DNA of 59,082 nucleotides from Acidobacteriota bacterium (GCA_029263355.1 JAJCXQ010000499.1:1-59082); one strand, 5' to 3'. Positions 33,947 to 43,612 are shown, counted from the first letter of the stretch. Numbers and translations: made by a program. Notes: generated from the sequence alone by a model not told the origin.

Positions 33947-34521
33947 TCGCTACCGGTTTCTGCTGCCTGCTGTCCCTGGCGCTTCAAGTCGTCGAGGAGC
34001 TCGGCGATGGTCTCGAAGCCGCCATCGGAGAAACCGTCCAAGCCAGCATGGAATTCCTCCATCCCCTTGGCTCCCCAGCGATCGTAAACGGACGCTTTGA
34101 CGAGTAGTTGGAGTTTGTCGCAGATGCTGACGAACTTTGCTTCGCGGGTAGCACCGGCCTGGTATTCGGCGACGAGATCCACCGCGCGACGGCCGAGAGG
34201 AGCAAGAAGATCGTTCGCCACAGCCAGCTCAGCCTCGGCTTTCGCCCCCTTTGGGAAGTACATTGCGACGGTTCGCGGTAGGTCCCCGGTTCGCACCTCA
34301 GCAAGATCGTGAACCAACGCCAGCTCGAGGATCCGAAGTCGGTCGAGGGATGGTTCTCTGCAGGCCATCGTCCAAGCCATAAAAGTCGTATGGAAAACGT
34401 GCTCGCTGACGCTCTCCGGGTCGGTGATACCACGCAAGGCAAAACCGCTGCGCGGGACACGATCCAGTGCTTGGATCTCCGACAATAATTCGAGGAGGGT
34501 CGAGTTGCGATGCTTCTTCAC
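33943..34521 (-). CDS. HD-domain phosphohydrolase (YfbR-like 5'-deoxynucleotidase family)
   Basis: Motifs are RSGFALRGITDPESVSEHVFHTTFMAW and LVHDLAEVRTGD. Confidence 0.75.
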   Translation of the reverse strand: MKKHRNSTLLELLSEIQALDRVPRSGFALRGITDPESVSEHVFHTTFMAWTMACREPSLDRLRILELALVHDLAEVRTGDLPRTVAMYFPKGAKAEAELAVANDLLAPLGRRAVDLVAEYQAGATREAKFVSICDKLQLLVKASVYDRWGAKGMEEFHAGLDGFSDGGFETIAELLDDLKRQGQQAAETGSD

Positions 34522-34613
34522 GATAAAGGCTTTGACGCTGAATCTCGGGACCGAAATACTACAGCCAACGGCTGCTCTGAGCCCAAATCAAGTTCACCCT
34601 GGAATTTCTCGAT

Positions 34614-35696
34614 ATGTCTCTCGATCACCCATTGACTCTTGGTATCGAAACCTCTTGTGACGATACAGCCTGTGCCGTGGTCGACAAGGCAGGCAGAGTC
34701 CTGGCGTCAGTGGTCTCGAGCCAACTCAACCAGCATCGACCCTATGGTGGCGTGGTTCCGGAAATCGCGTCTCGGGAGCATCTGAGAAACTGGCCGGCGG
34801 TGAGTCACGAAGCACTCGGTGCTGCAGGGATCGAATTGCAGGAGATCGCCGCGGTTGCCGCGACCCGAGGTCCAGGTCTGGTTGGGAGTTTGCTGGTCGG
34901 ACTGTCTTTAGGGCGGTCGATCGCCTGGGGGCTCGGTCTTCCGTTTCACGGCGTACACCACCTCGAAGGGCATCTATTCTCTCCCTTCCTCAGAAGTGAT
35001 GGACAGCATGCCGTCCCGGTGCCCGAGAGCTTCGAAGGGTTGGTGGTCTCGGGAGGACATACATCGTTGCTCGAGGTAAGTCGCGGCGAGATCAGCAGTT
35101 TGATCGAAACCCGCGATGACGCCATGGGGGAAACATTCGACAAGGTCGGGAAACGCCTCGGCCTAGCGTATCCTCAGGGTCCGCGTGTTGACCTGTTGGC
35201 AGAGCGAGGTGATCCAGATGGCTTTTGCCCAACCAAACCCAAACTCAAGAAAGATCTGTTTTTCTCGTATTCGGGGCTCAAGACTCAGGCATTGCGGGCG
35301 ATCGAGCGACTCGAGCAAGAAACCAAACTAGACGTTTCTAGGATTCGTCGCGATCAAGATGAGGTGCCTCAGGCGGCTCTCGACCTACTGGCCGGTTTCA
35401 GACGTGCCGCCGTCGGTCAGATCTTAGATCGACTCGAGCGTCGCCATAATGTCCGTCCATTTCAAACTCTAGCGGTTTCTGGCGGCGTCGCAGCCAATCG
35501 ATTGTTGCGCCGCGAGCTCGACCGTTGGGCAGGCCGTCGTGGGATCGACCTGAGGCTTGTCCCTCTCACTTTCTCAGGGGACAATGCTGCCATGATTGCT
35601 TTCGCCGCGGTGGAGCGCCAAAGGCGAGGCGTCTCCCCGGATCCTCGCGATGTTGTGGTGGCAAGCAGAATACCCTTTTCTAGAAATTCACAGTAG
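34614..35696 (+). CDS. tsaD: tRNA N6-adenosine threonylcarbamoyltransferase TsaD
   Basis: Motifs are LGIETSCDDTACAVV, VVPEIASREH, GVHHLEGH and VSGGVAAN. Confidence 0.9.
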   Translation: MSLDHPLTLGIETSCDDTACAVVDKAGRVLASVVSSQLNQHRPYGGVVPEIASREHLRNWPAVSHEALGAAGIELQEIAAVAATRGPGLVGSLLVGLSLGRSIAWGLGLPFHGVHHLEGHLFSPFLRSDGQHAVPVPESFEGLVVSGGHTSLLEVSRGEISSLIETRDDAMGETFDKVGKRLGLAYPQGPRVDLLAERGDPDGFCPTKPKLKKDLFFSYSGLKTQALRAIERLEQETKLDVSRIRRDQDEVPQAALDLLAGFRRAAVGQILDRLERRHNVRPFQTLAVSGGVAANRLLRRELDRWAGRRGIDLRLVPLTFSGDNAAMIAFAAVERQRRGVSPDPRDVVVASRIPFSRNSQ

Positions 35697-35708
35697 ACCC
35701 CCGAAACC

Positions 35709-36986
35709 ATGAGCTCTGAAAACACGAGACTCGGCACTCGCCAGGCTTTCCGATCGGTCCCGCGGACGGGAGTAATTTACGCCACCAGTGAAGCCGCTGC
35801 GTTGGGCTACACATCCGATCACCGCGACTGGTGCAACCTGGGTCAAGGGCAACCAGAGTCGGGTCCCCTACCTGGCGCGCCACCACGCCTCACTGAGTTG
35901 AGTATCGATCCCGCCGACCATGAATATGCACCCGTGTCGGGCCTTTATGAGCTGCGGGAAGTCGTCGCCTCGTTCTACAACCGACTCTATCGGCGTGGGA
36001 TGCCCTCTCAGTATACGGCGGAAAACATCTCGATCTCTTCTGGCGGCCGGGCGGCATTGACCCGGGCGGTCGCTTCTCTCGGCCGGGTCAACCTCGGACA
36101 TTTCCTTCCAGACTACACTGCATACGAGGAACTGCTCGACATCTTTCGATTGGTTTCCCCCATACCGATTCTGCTCAGCCGCGAACAGAATTACGATTTC
36201 TCACCAGACGACCTGAAACGAGAGATTCTGGGACGGGGATTATCGACGATTCTGTTGTCGAATCCATGCAACCCCATGGGCAAGTTGATCTCTGGAGACG
36301 AGTTAGAAGAATGGGTCGCTGTTTGCCGACAGCTCGACAGCACGTTGATGCTGGATGAGTTCTACTCTCACTACATCTGGAAATCGGCACCTGAGGAAGA
36401 GGGTTCTCTGGTGAGTGCCGCTCGTTACGTCGAGGATGTCGATCGCGATCCAGTGGTGATCTTCGACGGTTTGACGAAGAACTGGCGGTACCCGGGGTGG
36501 CGAATTACCTGGACCGTTGCGCCTCGACAAGTCATCGAAGCAGTCGAAAGTGCAGGGTCGTTTCTCGATGGCGGGGGCTCGAAGCCAATACAACGCGCCC
36601 CCAATACCCATCAGGCGCCCGAACTGGTGACTGCCGAGACGGAGGCGATCCGCCGCGCCTTCGAACCCAAGAGGGATTTAATGCTACGGCGTGTCCGAGA
36701 GATGGGGATGACCATCGACCGCGAGCCGGATGGAACCTTCTATGCCTTCGTTTCATTGGCCGGGCTTCCTGAATCGATATCCGATGGCATGACATTCTTC
36801 CGGGCCGCTTTACGGCAACAGGTGATCTGCGTGCCCGGTGTCTTCTTCGATGTCAATCCCGGACGTCGCAGGGCCAGCCGCCTCTCTCGCTTTCACCAGC
36901 GGGTTCGGCTGTCGTTCGGCCCTGGGATCGACGAAGTGTCACGCGGTCTCGATCGACTACAGACGATGATCGACTCAGCCTCCTAG
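35709..36986 (+). CDS. pyridoxal-phosphate-dependent aminotransferase (class I/II)
   Basis: Motifs are LSNPCNPMGK, MLDEFYSHY, and the PLP-lysine context FDGLTKNWRYPGWRITW. Confidence 0.75.
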   Translation: MSSENTRLGTRQAFRSVPRTGVIYATSEAAALGYTSDHRDWCNLGQGQPESGPLPGAPPRLTELSIDPADHEYAPVSGLYELREVVASFYNRLYRRGMPSQYTAENISISSGGRAALTRAVASLGRVNLGHFLPDYTAYEELLDIFRLVSPIPILLSREQNYDFSPDDLKREILGRGLSTILLSNPCNPMGKLISGDELEEWVAVCRQLDSTLMLDEFYSHYIWKSAPEEEGSLVSAARYVEDVDRDPVVIFDGLTKNWRYPGWRITWTVAPRQVIEAVESAGSFLDGGGSKPIQRAPNTHQAPELVTAETEAIRRAFEPKRDLMLRRVREMGMTIDREPDGTFYAFVSLAGLPESISDGMTFFRAALRQQVICVPGVFFDVNPGRRRASRLSRFHQRVRLSFGPGIDEVSRGLDRLQTMIDSAS

Positions 36987-38347
36987 CGGCGACTAGCAAA
37001 GCCCGTCACGATGTAGTTTCCCGATCTCTGATCGCGCTTGAGCCGGATGATGTTCTTTCGCTCACCGTCTTCCAAGAGTTCGGAGAAGGTGTTGTATCCA
37101 TAGTAGCCTTCGTTGAAGGAAGGTCGCTTTCGCTGCATGGTCTGCTTGAGCATAGATCCCCAGAGGACCCCTTTGTTCTCGCGGATCAGAGCGAACATTG
37201 CGTCCAACAGGAGTCCAAAGACTTCGGCGTCCTTAGGCGACAGGTTGTCGAGCCGCGCAGCTCGCTGAATATCGCGCCAAATATCCTCGTAGTAGATGAA
37301 TTCGTCACAGTTGTCGATCAGCAGGCTCGACGAAGAATTCTTCACGCCTACGCCGATGACATACTTGTTGTTTTCCTTGAGTTTCGAGACCAGAGGCGAG
37401 AAGTCGCTATCGCCCGACACCAGCACGAACGTGTCCAGATGCTCTTTCGAGTAACACAAGTCCATGGCGTCGACGACCATCTTGATATCGGCGCTGTTCT
37501 TGCCCGAGTAGTACTTCTGAGGGATGTCGATGAGCTCGATCGCTGCTTCGTGGAAGGGCTTCTTGTACTCGCTGTACCGTTCCCAGTCGGCGTAGGCCTT
37601 CTTGACGATGATTTTGCCCTTCTCTAGCAGGCGCGCCAGAATCAGGGAGATCTCGAGCTTGGCGATTTCGGAATCTCTGACGCCCAACGCGATGTTCTCA
37701 AAGTCGCAGAACATGGCGATCTTGCGCTCGTCATTGATCGATTGGCCGCGTTCCGCGAGCGAGTAAACCAATCCTCTCGGCTCCACACCGACGCCCAGAG
37801 TCGACTCGATCTCACTGGACGTGTCCAACGCGACCGGCAAGACGTGTTCATCTGGTGTCTCAGCTTTGGATGACTTCGGTTCGGGCTCGCTTCCCGGGAG
37901 GTGTCGTGCTGGCCTGCGTCGCCGGCGTCGACGTTTCCTCTTTGGCGGCCCAGTGGCCTCGGAGTCTTCGGCAGACACATCGTGCTCGCTGACCGATTTG
38001 GGCTCCGGCGCTGGTTCTTGGTCGTCCGTGGCCTTGTCGACCTTCGGCGGCTCGTCTAGAGCCGCAGGTGAGCCGTCTAAAGACACATCGGCCACACTGG
38101 GTGTAGCTCTGAGCGTTTCAGGGTTATCCTCACTCACTAAAGAGTCGCGAGGCGCTTCGTCCTCTGGGATGTCGTCGTTGCCTGCCCGTAACCACCAAGG
38201 TGCCAAATGCAGTCTCCTTGTGAGCTGAATGCAGCCTAAGCGACTGCCAAAGTGAATTACCGACTCAATCCGTGACAGCCAATCCAAGTGATCGCAAGGT
38301 AGCCTGCCGCAGATCGGCCGAGGTGAGTCGAGCCGCGATCCTAACAT
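36983..38347 (-). CDS. NYN-domain (LabA/DUF88) plus OST-HTH/LOTUS-domain protein with a long disordered N-terminal extension
   Basis: NYN motifs are KIAMFCDFENIALGV and VSGDSDFSPLVSKLKENNKYVIGVG. The LOTUS-like C-terminus is LLLDAMFALIRENKGVLWGSMLKQTMQRKRPSFNEGYYGYNTFSELLED. The N-terminal ~190 aa are acidic and contain KRKRRRRRRRP. The true start is uncertain. Confidence 0.7.
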   Translation of the reverse strand: MLGSRLDSPRPICGRLPCDHLDWLSRIESVIHFGSRLGCIQLTRRLHLAPWWLRAGNDDIPEDEAPRDSLVSEDNPETLRATPSVADVSLDGSPAALDEPPKVDKATDDQEPAPEPKSVSEHDVSAEDSEATGPPKRKRRRRRRRPARHLPGSEPEPKSSKAETPDEHVLPVALDTSSEIESTLGVGVEPRGLVYSLAERGQSINDERKIAMFCDFENIALGVRDSEIAKLEISLILARLLEKGKIIVKKAYADWERYSEYKKPFHEAAIELIDIPQKYYSGKNSADIKMVVDAMDLCYSKEHLDTFVLVSGDSDFSPLVSKLKENNKYVIGVGVKNSSSSLLIDNCDEFIYYEDIWRDIQRAARLDNLSPKDAEVFGLLLDAMFALIRENKGVLWGSMLKQTMQRKRPSFNEGYYGYNTFSELLEDGERKNIIRLKRDQRSGNYIVTGFASRR

Positions 38348-38500
38348 CCGTCTGGCTAGCTGGAAACAAGCTCGCGGGCCGCCTTAGTCGCAGATCACCT
38401 CTGGTGAACGTTTTGGCCCCCAGATACATACCGCTAAGTTACGCTACAGAGAGCGTCCCCTCTCATAGCCCAGCCCTTGATATAGTGCTCGTCTCGCTGG

Positions 38501-39235
38501 TTGACGATCCCTCCCGTGGTCAAAAGAGACACTCTTCCCCCACCGTCTAACGAAATCTATCAGCCCCGGAGTGTTGCTTTGAGCACCGATTCTCTACCTA
38601 TCGATTACCTGGCGATCGACGGCCCGATCGGAGTCGGGAAAACAACGCTGGTCGAGATGTTGACCAAGCGGTTCGAAGGAGTGAAGGTGCTCGAGGACGC
38701 CGAGAACCCGTTCCTCGACAAGTTTTACAAGGATCGCCCCGGAGCCGCATTCCAGACTCAGCTCTATTACCTGTTGTCACGCTTCAAGCAGCAGCAAGAA
38801 ATTGTGCAGCGTGAGCTTTTCCAGCGCTTGGTAGTCGCGGACTATCCATTCGAGAAAGACCGGATTTTCGCCTATCTGAATCTCAGTGATGACGAGCTTC
38901 TAATCTACGACAAGCTCTACGCTATGTTAGAACCCCAAGTACCTCCCCCCGATCTTGTTCTCTACCTTGTGGCGGATGTTGATACCTGCATGAGCCGAGT
39001 CAACAAACGCCAGCGCGACTACGAGAAGAAGATGTCCGGTGATTATCTCGCTGAGCTGATCGACGCATACAACCACTACTACCATCACTATCAGCGCTCG
39101 CCTTTGCTGGTAGTGGATACCCGTCATCTCAATTTTCCAGGGCGTCCAGAGGACTTCGAAGAGCTGCTCAACCAGCTCCGCGAGCCGATCAAGGGCACCC
39201 ACTATTACCAACCGCTTGGAACCCCGAGACTATGA
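38501..39235 (+). CDS. deoxynucleoside kinase family protein
   Basis: The P-loop is [16 protein letters not shown]. dNK-like motifs are [13 protein letters not shown] and [10 protein letters not shown]. The start is uncertain: the track start at 38501 is TTG. Confidence 0.7.
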   Translation: MTIPPVVKRDTLPPPSNEIYQPRSVALSTDSLPIDYLAIDGPIGVGKTTLVEMLTKRFEGVKVLEDAENPFLDKFYKDRPGAAFQTQLYYLLSRFKQQQEIVQRELFQRLVVADYPFEKDRIFAYLNLSDDELLIYDKLYAMLEPQVPPPDLVLYLVADVDTCMSRVNKRQRDYEKKMSGDYLAELIDAYNHYYHHYQRSPLLVVDTRHLNFPGRPEDFEELLNQLREPIKGTHYYQPLGTPRL

Positions 39236-40047
39236 CCACAGCCAGCGCCGGAGCTACAACCTCAGCAGACATCGTCATCGAGCCTCTCGAAATTGCGGGA
39301 CGCTCCCTGAAGTCGCGTCTAATCCTGGGAAGTGGCAAATATACCGACAACGAAACGATGGTTCGTTCATTTGAAGCGGCCGGGGCTGACATGGTGACCG
39401 TCGCCCTGCGTCGAGTGAATTTGGCGGATCCAGACAGCGATGCTTTCATTCACCATATTGATCGCGACAAGTATTTGCTGCTGCCCAATACGGCTGGCTG
39501 CTATACGGCGAATGAAGCGGTACGAACCGCCAGGTTAGCTCGTGAGTTAGGTGGCTGGACCTGGGTGAAGCTCGAAGTAATCGGCGATCAGAAGACGCTC
39601 TTTCCTGACAACACAGAGCTTCTCGAGGCGACGAAGACCTTGGTGGCAGAAGGTTTCGTGGTCCTGCCCTACACCAACGACGATCCGGTTGTCTGCAAAA
39701 AGCTCGAAGATCTCGGAGCTGCCGCGGTCATGCCGTTGGGAGCCCCAATCGGCTCTGGTATGGGGATTCGTAACCCCGCGAACCTACAGATCATCATTGA
39801 ACAATCCAACGTCCCGGTCATCGTCGATGCCGGAGTTGGCACCGCATCCGATGCCGCGGTTGCAATGGAGCTCGGGGCTGATGGCGTCCTTATGAATACG
39901 GGTATTGCCAGTGCTAAAGATCCCGTACGAATGGCTCGTGCGATGAAGCTCGCTATCGAAGCTGGGTGGCTCGCAGCACATTCCGGGCGTATTCCGAGAA
40001 AACTTTACGCCACGGCGTCATCCCCAGTTGCCGGGCTGATCGAGTAG
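39232..40047 (+). CDS. thiG: thiazole synthase ThiG
   Basis: Motifs are [29 protein letters not shown] and [14 protein letters not shown]. The ATG overlaps the dNK stop in ATGA (39232-39235). Confidence 0.9.
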   Translation: MTTASAGATTSADIVIEPLEIAGRSLKSRLILGSGKYTDNETMVRSFEAAGADMVTVALRRVNLADPDSDAFIHHIDRDKYLLLPNTAGCYTANEAVRTARLARELGGWTWVKLEVIGDQKTLFPDNTELLEATKTLVAEGFVVLPYTNDDPVVCKKLEDLGAAAVMPLGAPIGSGMGIRNPANLQIIIEQSNVPVIVDAGVGTASDAAVAMELGADGVLMNTGIASAKDPVRMARAMKLAIEAGWLAAHSGRIPRKLYATASSPVAGLIE

Positions 40048-40075
40048 TCGAGGACTGTGAAAGGGTCCCACCCGG

Positions 40076-40325
40076 GATTGGCGATCTGCCAACAGCGTTG
40101 TCGACCGTCGAGAGGCCTTGATTTTCTGCCAGCAGCGTTGCATATCGCTGCGGCCGCTCTGAAGTTTTCCCAAGAGGGGTGTCGATCTCCGCGGTCGCTC
40201 TGATTTTTTACCAAGCGTGCTGACGGCCGCTGCGGAGGCTTTGATTTTTCTCCAAGAGCGATCGCCGCGGTCGAAAAGCTCAATGGCAGGTTGGCGAGAA
40301 ATTTTCAAGAGGCTGATCCCGGTCA
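40076..40325. repeat. degenerate tandem array with a 41-bp period, core TGA(T/A)(T/G)TTT-N3-CCAAG(A/C)G
   Basis: Four well-phased units lie at 40119-40159, 40160-40200, 40201-40241 and 40242-40282. Decayed copies lie on both sides (ctgccaacagcgttg at 40086-40100 versus ctgccagcagcgttg at 40126-40140; aaattttcaagagg at 40298-40311). Confidence 0.75.
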
Positions 40326-40570
40326 GATGGGCCACAAATCCACGACTTAGGGCTCTGTCGGTCAGAAAGTCTAAGTTGTGCGAGTCTCAGTGGCCAACCT
40401 TGGAGGTTCCGAATCCAGGGGAGTTGAGACCCGATTCGACCAAAAAAACCGCGAATTAAAGCGCCGCGCTCGAAGGGGCAACACGGTTCTCTAGCTCACA
40501 TCACAGGGCGGGGGCGGCTCGTCGGGGGATGCCTCGGGCGTGTCACTGTTTCGACCGTCCCGAACAGGGG

Positions 40571-40599
40571 TTGCGACAGGAGATCAGTTGGTCTAAGAT
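40571..40599 (+). promoter_or_regulatory. sigma-70-like promoter for tRNA-Arg
   Basis: TTGCGA (40571-40576), a 17-nt spacer and TAAGAT (40594-40599) end 21 nt before the mature tRNA 5' end. Confidence 0.5.
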
Positions 40600-40620
40600 C
40601 CCTCCTCCGCACAGCTCTGC

Positions 40621-40697
40621 GCACCCATAGCTCAACTGGATAGAGCGTCTGACTACGGATCAGGAGGTTGGGAGTTCGAATCTTCCTGGGTGCACCA
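40621..40697 (+). tRNA. tRNA-Arg (anticodon ACG), CCA encoded
   Basis: The cloverleaf was folded by hand. The acceptor stem is GCACCCA/TGGGTGC. The D arm is GCTC-AACTGGATA-GAGC. The anticodon arm is TCTGA-CTACGGA-TCAGG with ACG at positions 34-36. The T arm is GGGAG-TTCGAAT-CTTCC. The 3' end is ACCA. Confidence 0.9.
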
Positions 40698-40868
40698 TTT
40701 CCTGCTTCTTGGCTTCCTGCCAACCCTAAGCGGAACTAGCTGTGGACCGTGCCCCGGTAAGGGAGCACGAGTGCGTGTGGAAAGAGGTGGTCGGAGTCCG
40801 TTCTGGGCTCGAAAGCCTCGCAGTGCCCTGTAGAACAGAGGCGCCATGATCCCTCAGTAAGCAGGCTG

Positions 40869-40925
40869 TTGACAGCCAGAAGGCGTTTGGCAGAGAATAT
40901 TTACCGACCGGTAGGTAAACCGGTT
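40869..40925 (+). promoter_or_regulatory. candidate promoter plus palindromic operator cluster upstream of the TetR/acyl-CoA dehydrogenase operon
   Basis: TTGACA lies at 40869-40874 and gagaat at 40893-40898. An inverted repeat TTTACC-N8-GGTAAA spans 40900-40919. Nested ACCGGT palindromes lie at 40907-40912 and 40919-40924. Confidence 0.4.
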
Positions 40926-41009
40926 TTCGCAGCCCTTCTCGATCCATAGAAGATCGAATTCGTCAGACTCCTTGCCGCAGGGTGTGCCCTGCAATCAGCC
41001 CAATACGCG

Positions 41010-41651
41010 ATGCCATCATCCCCTAGCACGTCGAGAACTCTCTTCGACGACGATCGTACGGGAATCATCTACCGTACAGCGGCCCGCATCATCTATGAGA
41101 AAGGCTTCGATGCCACCTCGATGAGCGAGATCGCCGAAGCTCTTGATCTGACCAAGCCGGGCCTCTACTACTACGTCAAGGGCAAGAAAGAGCTGCTGTA
41201 CTCGATCATGAGATGCGCTATGAACCTGCTGGATTCCGATGTTGTGGAGCCGGCGGCTTTGATCGCGGATCCAGAGGAGCGGCTACGTGTGATCATTCGT
41301 GAGCACGCTAGGCTTCTGACCAACGAGGCCGGCGCACTCGCTATTCTGATTGACGAGGATGGTGGGCTGTCGGCAGAGCACAGAGAAGACATCGCCAAGC
41401 GCAAACGTGCCTACTTCGAGTTCCTACGACGGACTCTCGAAGCCCTGGAGGCCGAGGGTCGTCTACGAGAAGTGGATTCGACGGTCGCAGCATTCAGCCT
41501 ACTGGGCATGGTGATGTGGATCGCACGGTGGTACGACTCGAAGGGTCGCCTCGCCAGCGAGAAAGTGGTCCAAGACGTCACAGAAATTGCTCTCGCTGGA
41601 ATGTTGGTACCGAGGTCTAAAGAGTCGATGGGCCTCGCGCAGGTGCAATAA
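41010..41651 (+). CDS. TetR/AcrR family transcriptional regulator
   Basis: The N-terminal HTH is IIYEKGFDATSMSEIAEALDLTKPGLYYYVKGKKELL. Confidence 0.85.
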   Translation: MPSSPSTSRTLFDDDRTGIIYRTAARIIYEKGFDATSMSEIAEALDLTKPGLYYYVKGKKELLYSIMRCAMNLLDSDVVEPAALIADPEERLRVIIREHARLLTNEAGALAILIDEDGGLSAEHREDIAKRKRAYFEFLRRTLEALEAEGRLREVDSTVAAFSLLGMVMWIARWYDSKGRLASEKVVQDVTEIALAGMLVPRSKESMGLAQVQ

Positions 41652-41683
41652 ATTCAGAAAACTATCGGAATAAAGGAGAAAAC

Positions 41684-43579
41684 ATGACTGTCAAGGAGGT
41701 TCACGTCAGCGAAGAGGAGGCGATGAAGGTCGCCGAAGCATCGCGTCAGCAAGAGTGGACTCAGCCGAGTTTCATGCGGGAAATGTTTCTTGGCAATTTC
41801 CGCCTGGATCTGATCCACCCGTTCCCCTTGGAAGAGGAAGAGCGGCCCGAGTTCGTTGCCTTCTTCAACGCGATTCGTGAGTTCATGCGTGACCATGTCG
41901 ACTCCGAATTGATCGACACCACCGGTGAGTACCCCGAAGATGTCGTTGACGGCCTGCGCAAGCTCGGCGCCTTTGGGATGAAGATTCCAAAAAAATATGG
42001 CGGGCTCGGCTTCAGCCAGGTGGAGTACGCCAAGGTGATGGAGCTGTTGGGTGGCCTCGATGGCAATATCTCCGCACTGCTTTCGGCCCACCAGTCCATC
42101 GGCGTGCCTCAACCGCTCAAGCTGTTCGGAACCGAGGAGCAGAAGAGCAAGTACTTGCCACGCTGTGCAAAGGGCGATATCTCTGCGTTTGCATTGACCG
42201 AGGCGCAGGTCGGCTCGGATCCAGCACGTATGACGACGACTTACGAATTGACCCCTGACGGCGATACGTATGTTCTGAATGGCGTCAAACTGTGGTGTAC
42301 CAACGGCACCCTCGCGAAGTTACTGGTTGTCATGGCGCGGGACATCGAAACCAAGGCCATCAGCGCCTTCGTGGTCGAGACCGAGTGGGAGGGCGTCCAA
42401 GTCGAGCATCGCTGCCACTTCATGGGCTTGCGGGCGTTGGCGAACGGCGTGATCAGCTTCAAGAATGTGAGGGTCCCGAAGGAGAACCTGATCGGTCGCG
42501 AGGGTAGGGGCTTGAAGATCGCCCTGACCACCCTTAATGACGGCCGACTGTCCATCCCCAATGGCTCGATCGGCGCCGCCAAACAGGCGCTCAAGATCTG
42601 TCGAGAATGGTCGGCGGAGCGGGTCCAGTGGGGGAAGCCGGTTGGCAAACACGAGGCGATTGCCCACAAGATTGCCGACATGGCGTCGGTCACCTTCGCT
42701 ATGGAGTCGGTCGTCAAGTTGGCCACTGAGATGTCCAACCGGGGCAATTTCGACATTCGACTCGAAGCCGCGGCGGCCAAAGAGTGGAATTCATGCCGCA
42801 CTTGGGAAATCGTCGATGACACGATGCAGATCCGTGGTGGCCGGGGCTACGAGACCTATGGTTCGTTGCGAGCGCGAGGCGAGAAGCCGACGTCGGTAGA
42901 GCGCCTGATGCGCGACTATCGAATCAACAAGATCTTTGAAGGATCTAGCGAAATCATGCACCTGTTCATGGCTCGTGAGGCGGTCGACAAACATCTGCAG
43001 GTCGCGGGCGCCATGATCGACCCAGAGAAGAGCTCTGCCGACAAACTTCAGGAGTTACCCAAGATTGCTGCCTTCTATGCCAAGTGGTATCCCACGCGTT
43101 GGATCGGCGGCGCCAAGACGTTTTCGGAGTTTGGCCCGTTTGGTGGCCATCTACGCTTTGTCGATCGTTCTACGCGCCGTTTGTCGCGGCAGATCTTCCA
43201 CGGCATGATGATCCATCAGGCACGGATGCAGAACAAGCAGGGATTCCTGTTTCGAGTTGTCGATATAGCCAACGAGCTCTTTGCGATGGCAGCGACCGTC
43301 AGCCGGGCGCATGCCATGCACCGGAGTGGGCATTCGAAGGCCCGTGAAGCCTCGGAGCTCGCGGATTTGTTCTGCCGCCTGGCGAGGCGAAAGATCAAGC
43401 GTCTGTTCGCCGATTTGTGGTCGAACGACGATGTCCGCAAGTACAAGGTCGGAGTGGGAGTGTTGGCGGGTCGGCAGCTCTGGCTCGAGGAAATGTTTGA
43501 AGGTATGGAGCAAGGATCTTCCTCTGCTCCTGAGCAGGTTGGTAGAGCTGATAGGCCACGAGCCGTGGCCGCGAGCTAG
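41684..43579 (+). CDS. long-form acyl-CoA dehydrogenase
   Basis: Motifs are FALTEAQVGSDPARM, WCTNG and QIRGGRGYE. The C-terminal helical extension is typical of ~600-aa ACADs. The RBS aaggaga lies 4 nt upstream of the ATG. Confidence 0.85.
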   Translation: MTVKEVHVSEEEAMKVAEASRQQEWTQPSFMREMFLGNFRLDLIHPFPLEEEERPEFVAFFNAIREFMRDHVDSELIDTTGEYPEDVVDGLRKLGAFGMKIPKKYGGLGFSQVEYAKVMELLGGLDGNISALLSAHQSIGVPQPLKLFGTEEQKSKYLPRCAKGDISAFALTEAQVGSDPARMTTTYELTPDGDTYVLNGVKLWCTNGTLAKLLVVMARDIETKAISAFVVETEWEGVQVEHRCHFMGLRALANGVISFKNVRVPKENLIGREGRGLKIALTTLNDGRLSIPNGSIGAAKQALKICREWSAERVQWGKPVGKHEAIAHKIADMASVTFAMESVVKLATEMSNRGNFDIRLEAAAAKEWNSCRTWEIVDDTMQIRGGRGYETYGSLRARGEKPTSVERLMRDYRINKIFEGSSEIMHLFMAREAVDKHLQVAGAMIDPEKSSADKLQELPKIAAFYAKWYPTRWIGGAKTFSEFGPFGGHLRFVDRSTRRLSRQIFHGMMIHQARMQNKQGFLFRVVDIANELFAMAATVSRAHAMHRSGHSKAREASELADLFCRLARRKIKRLFADLWSNDDVRKYKVGVGVLAGRQLWLEEMFEGMEQGSSSAPEQVGRADRPRAVAAS

Positions 43580-43612
43580 ATCAGGGGCCCGATCTGGATC
43601 GGCCCTAGTAGG

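Noticed and set aside
38348-38500. TPP riboswitch upstream of the dNK-thiG operon
   Set aside because: I could not find the conserved CUGAGA and ACCUGAUCUGGAUAAUGCCAGCG-like elements. An Rfam scan would be needed for certainty.
40076-40325. Possible CRISPR array
   Set aside because: The period is only 41 bp and the conserved segment only ~17 bp and degenerate. There is no clear repeat/spacer alternation of normal dimensions, and I recognised no cas genes in the window.
40005-40459. ORFs of 80-105 aa overlapping the 41-bp repeat array (both strands)
   Set aside because: Their periodic peptide patterns mirror the DNA repeat. They have no RBS and overlap the thiG 3' end.
40621-43600. tRNA-Arg as the integration site of a genomic island
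   Set aside because: I found no direct repeat of the tRNA 3' end downstream by eye and no integrase. The genes immediately downstream (TetR, acyl-CoA dehydrogenase) have host-like GC, and the low-GC block starts ~3 kb away.
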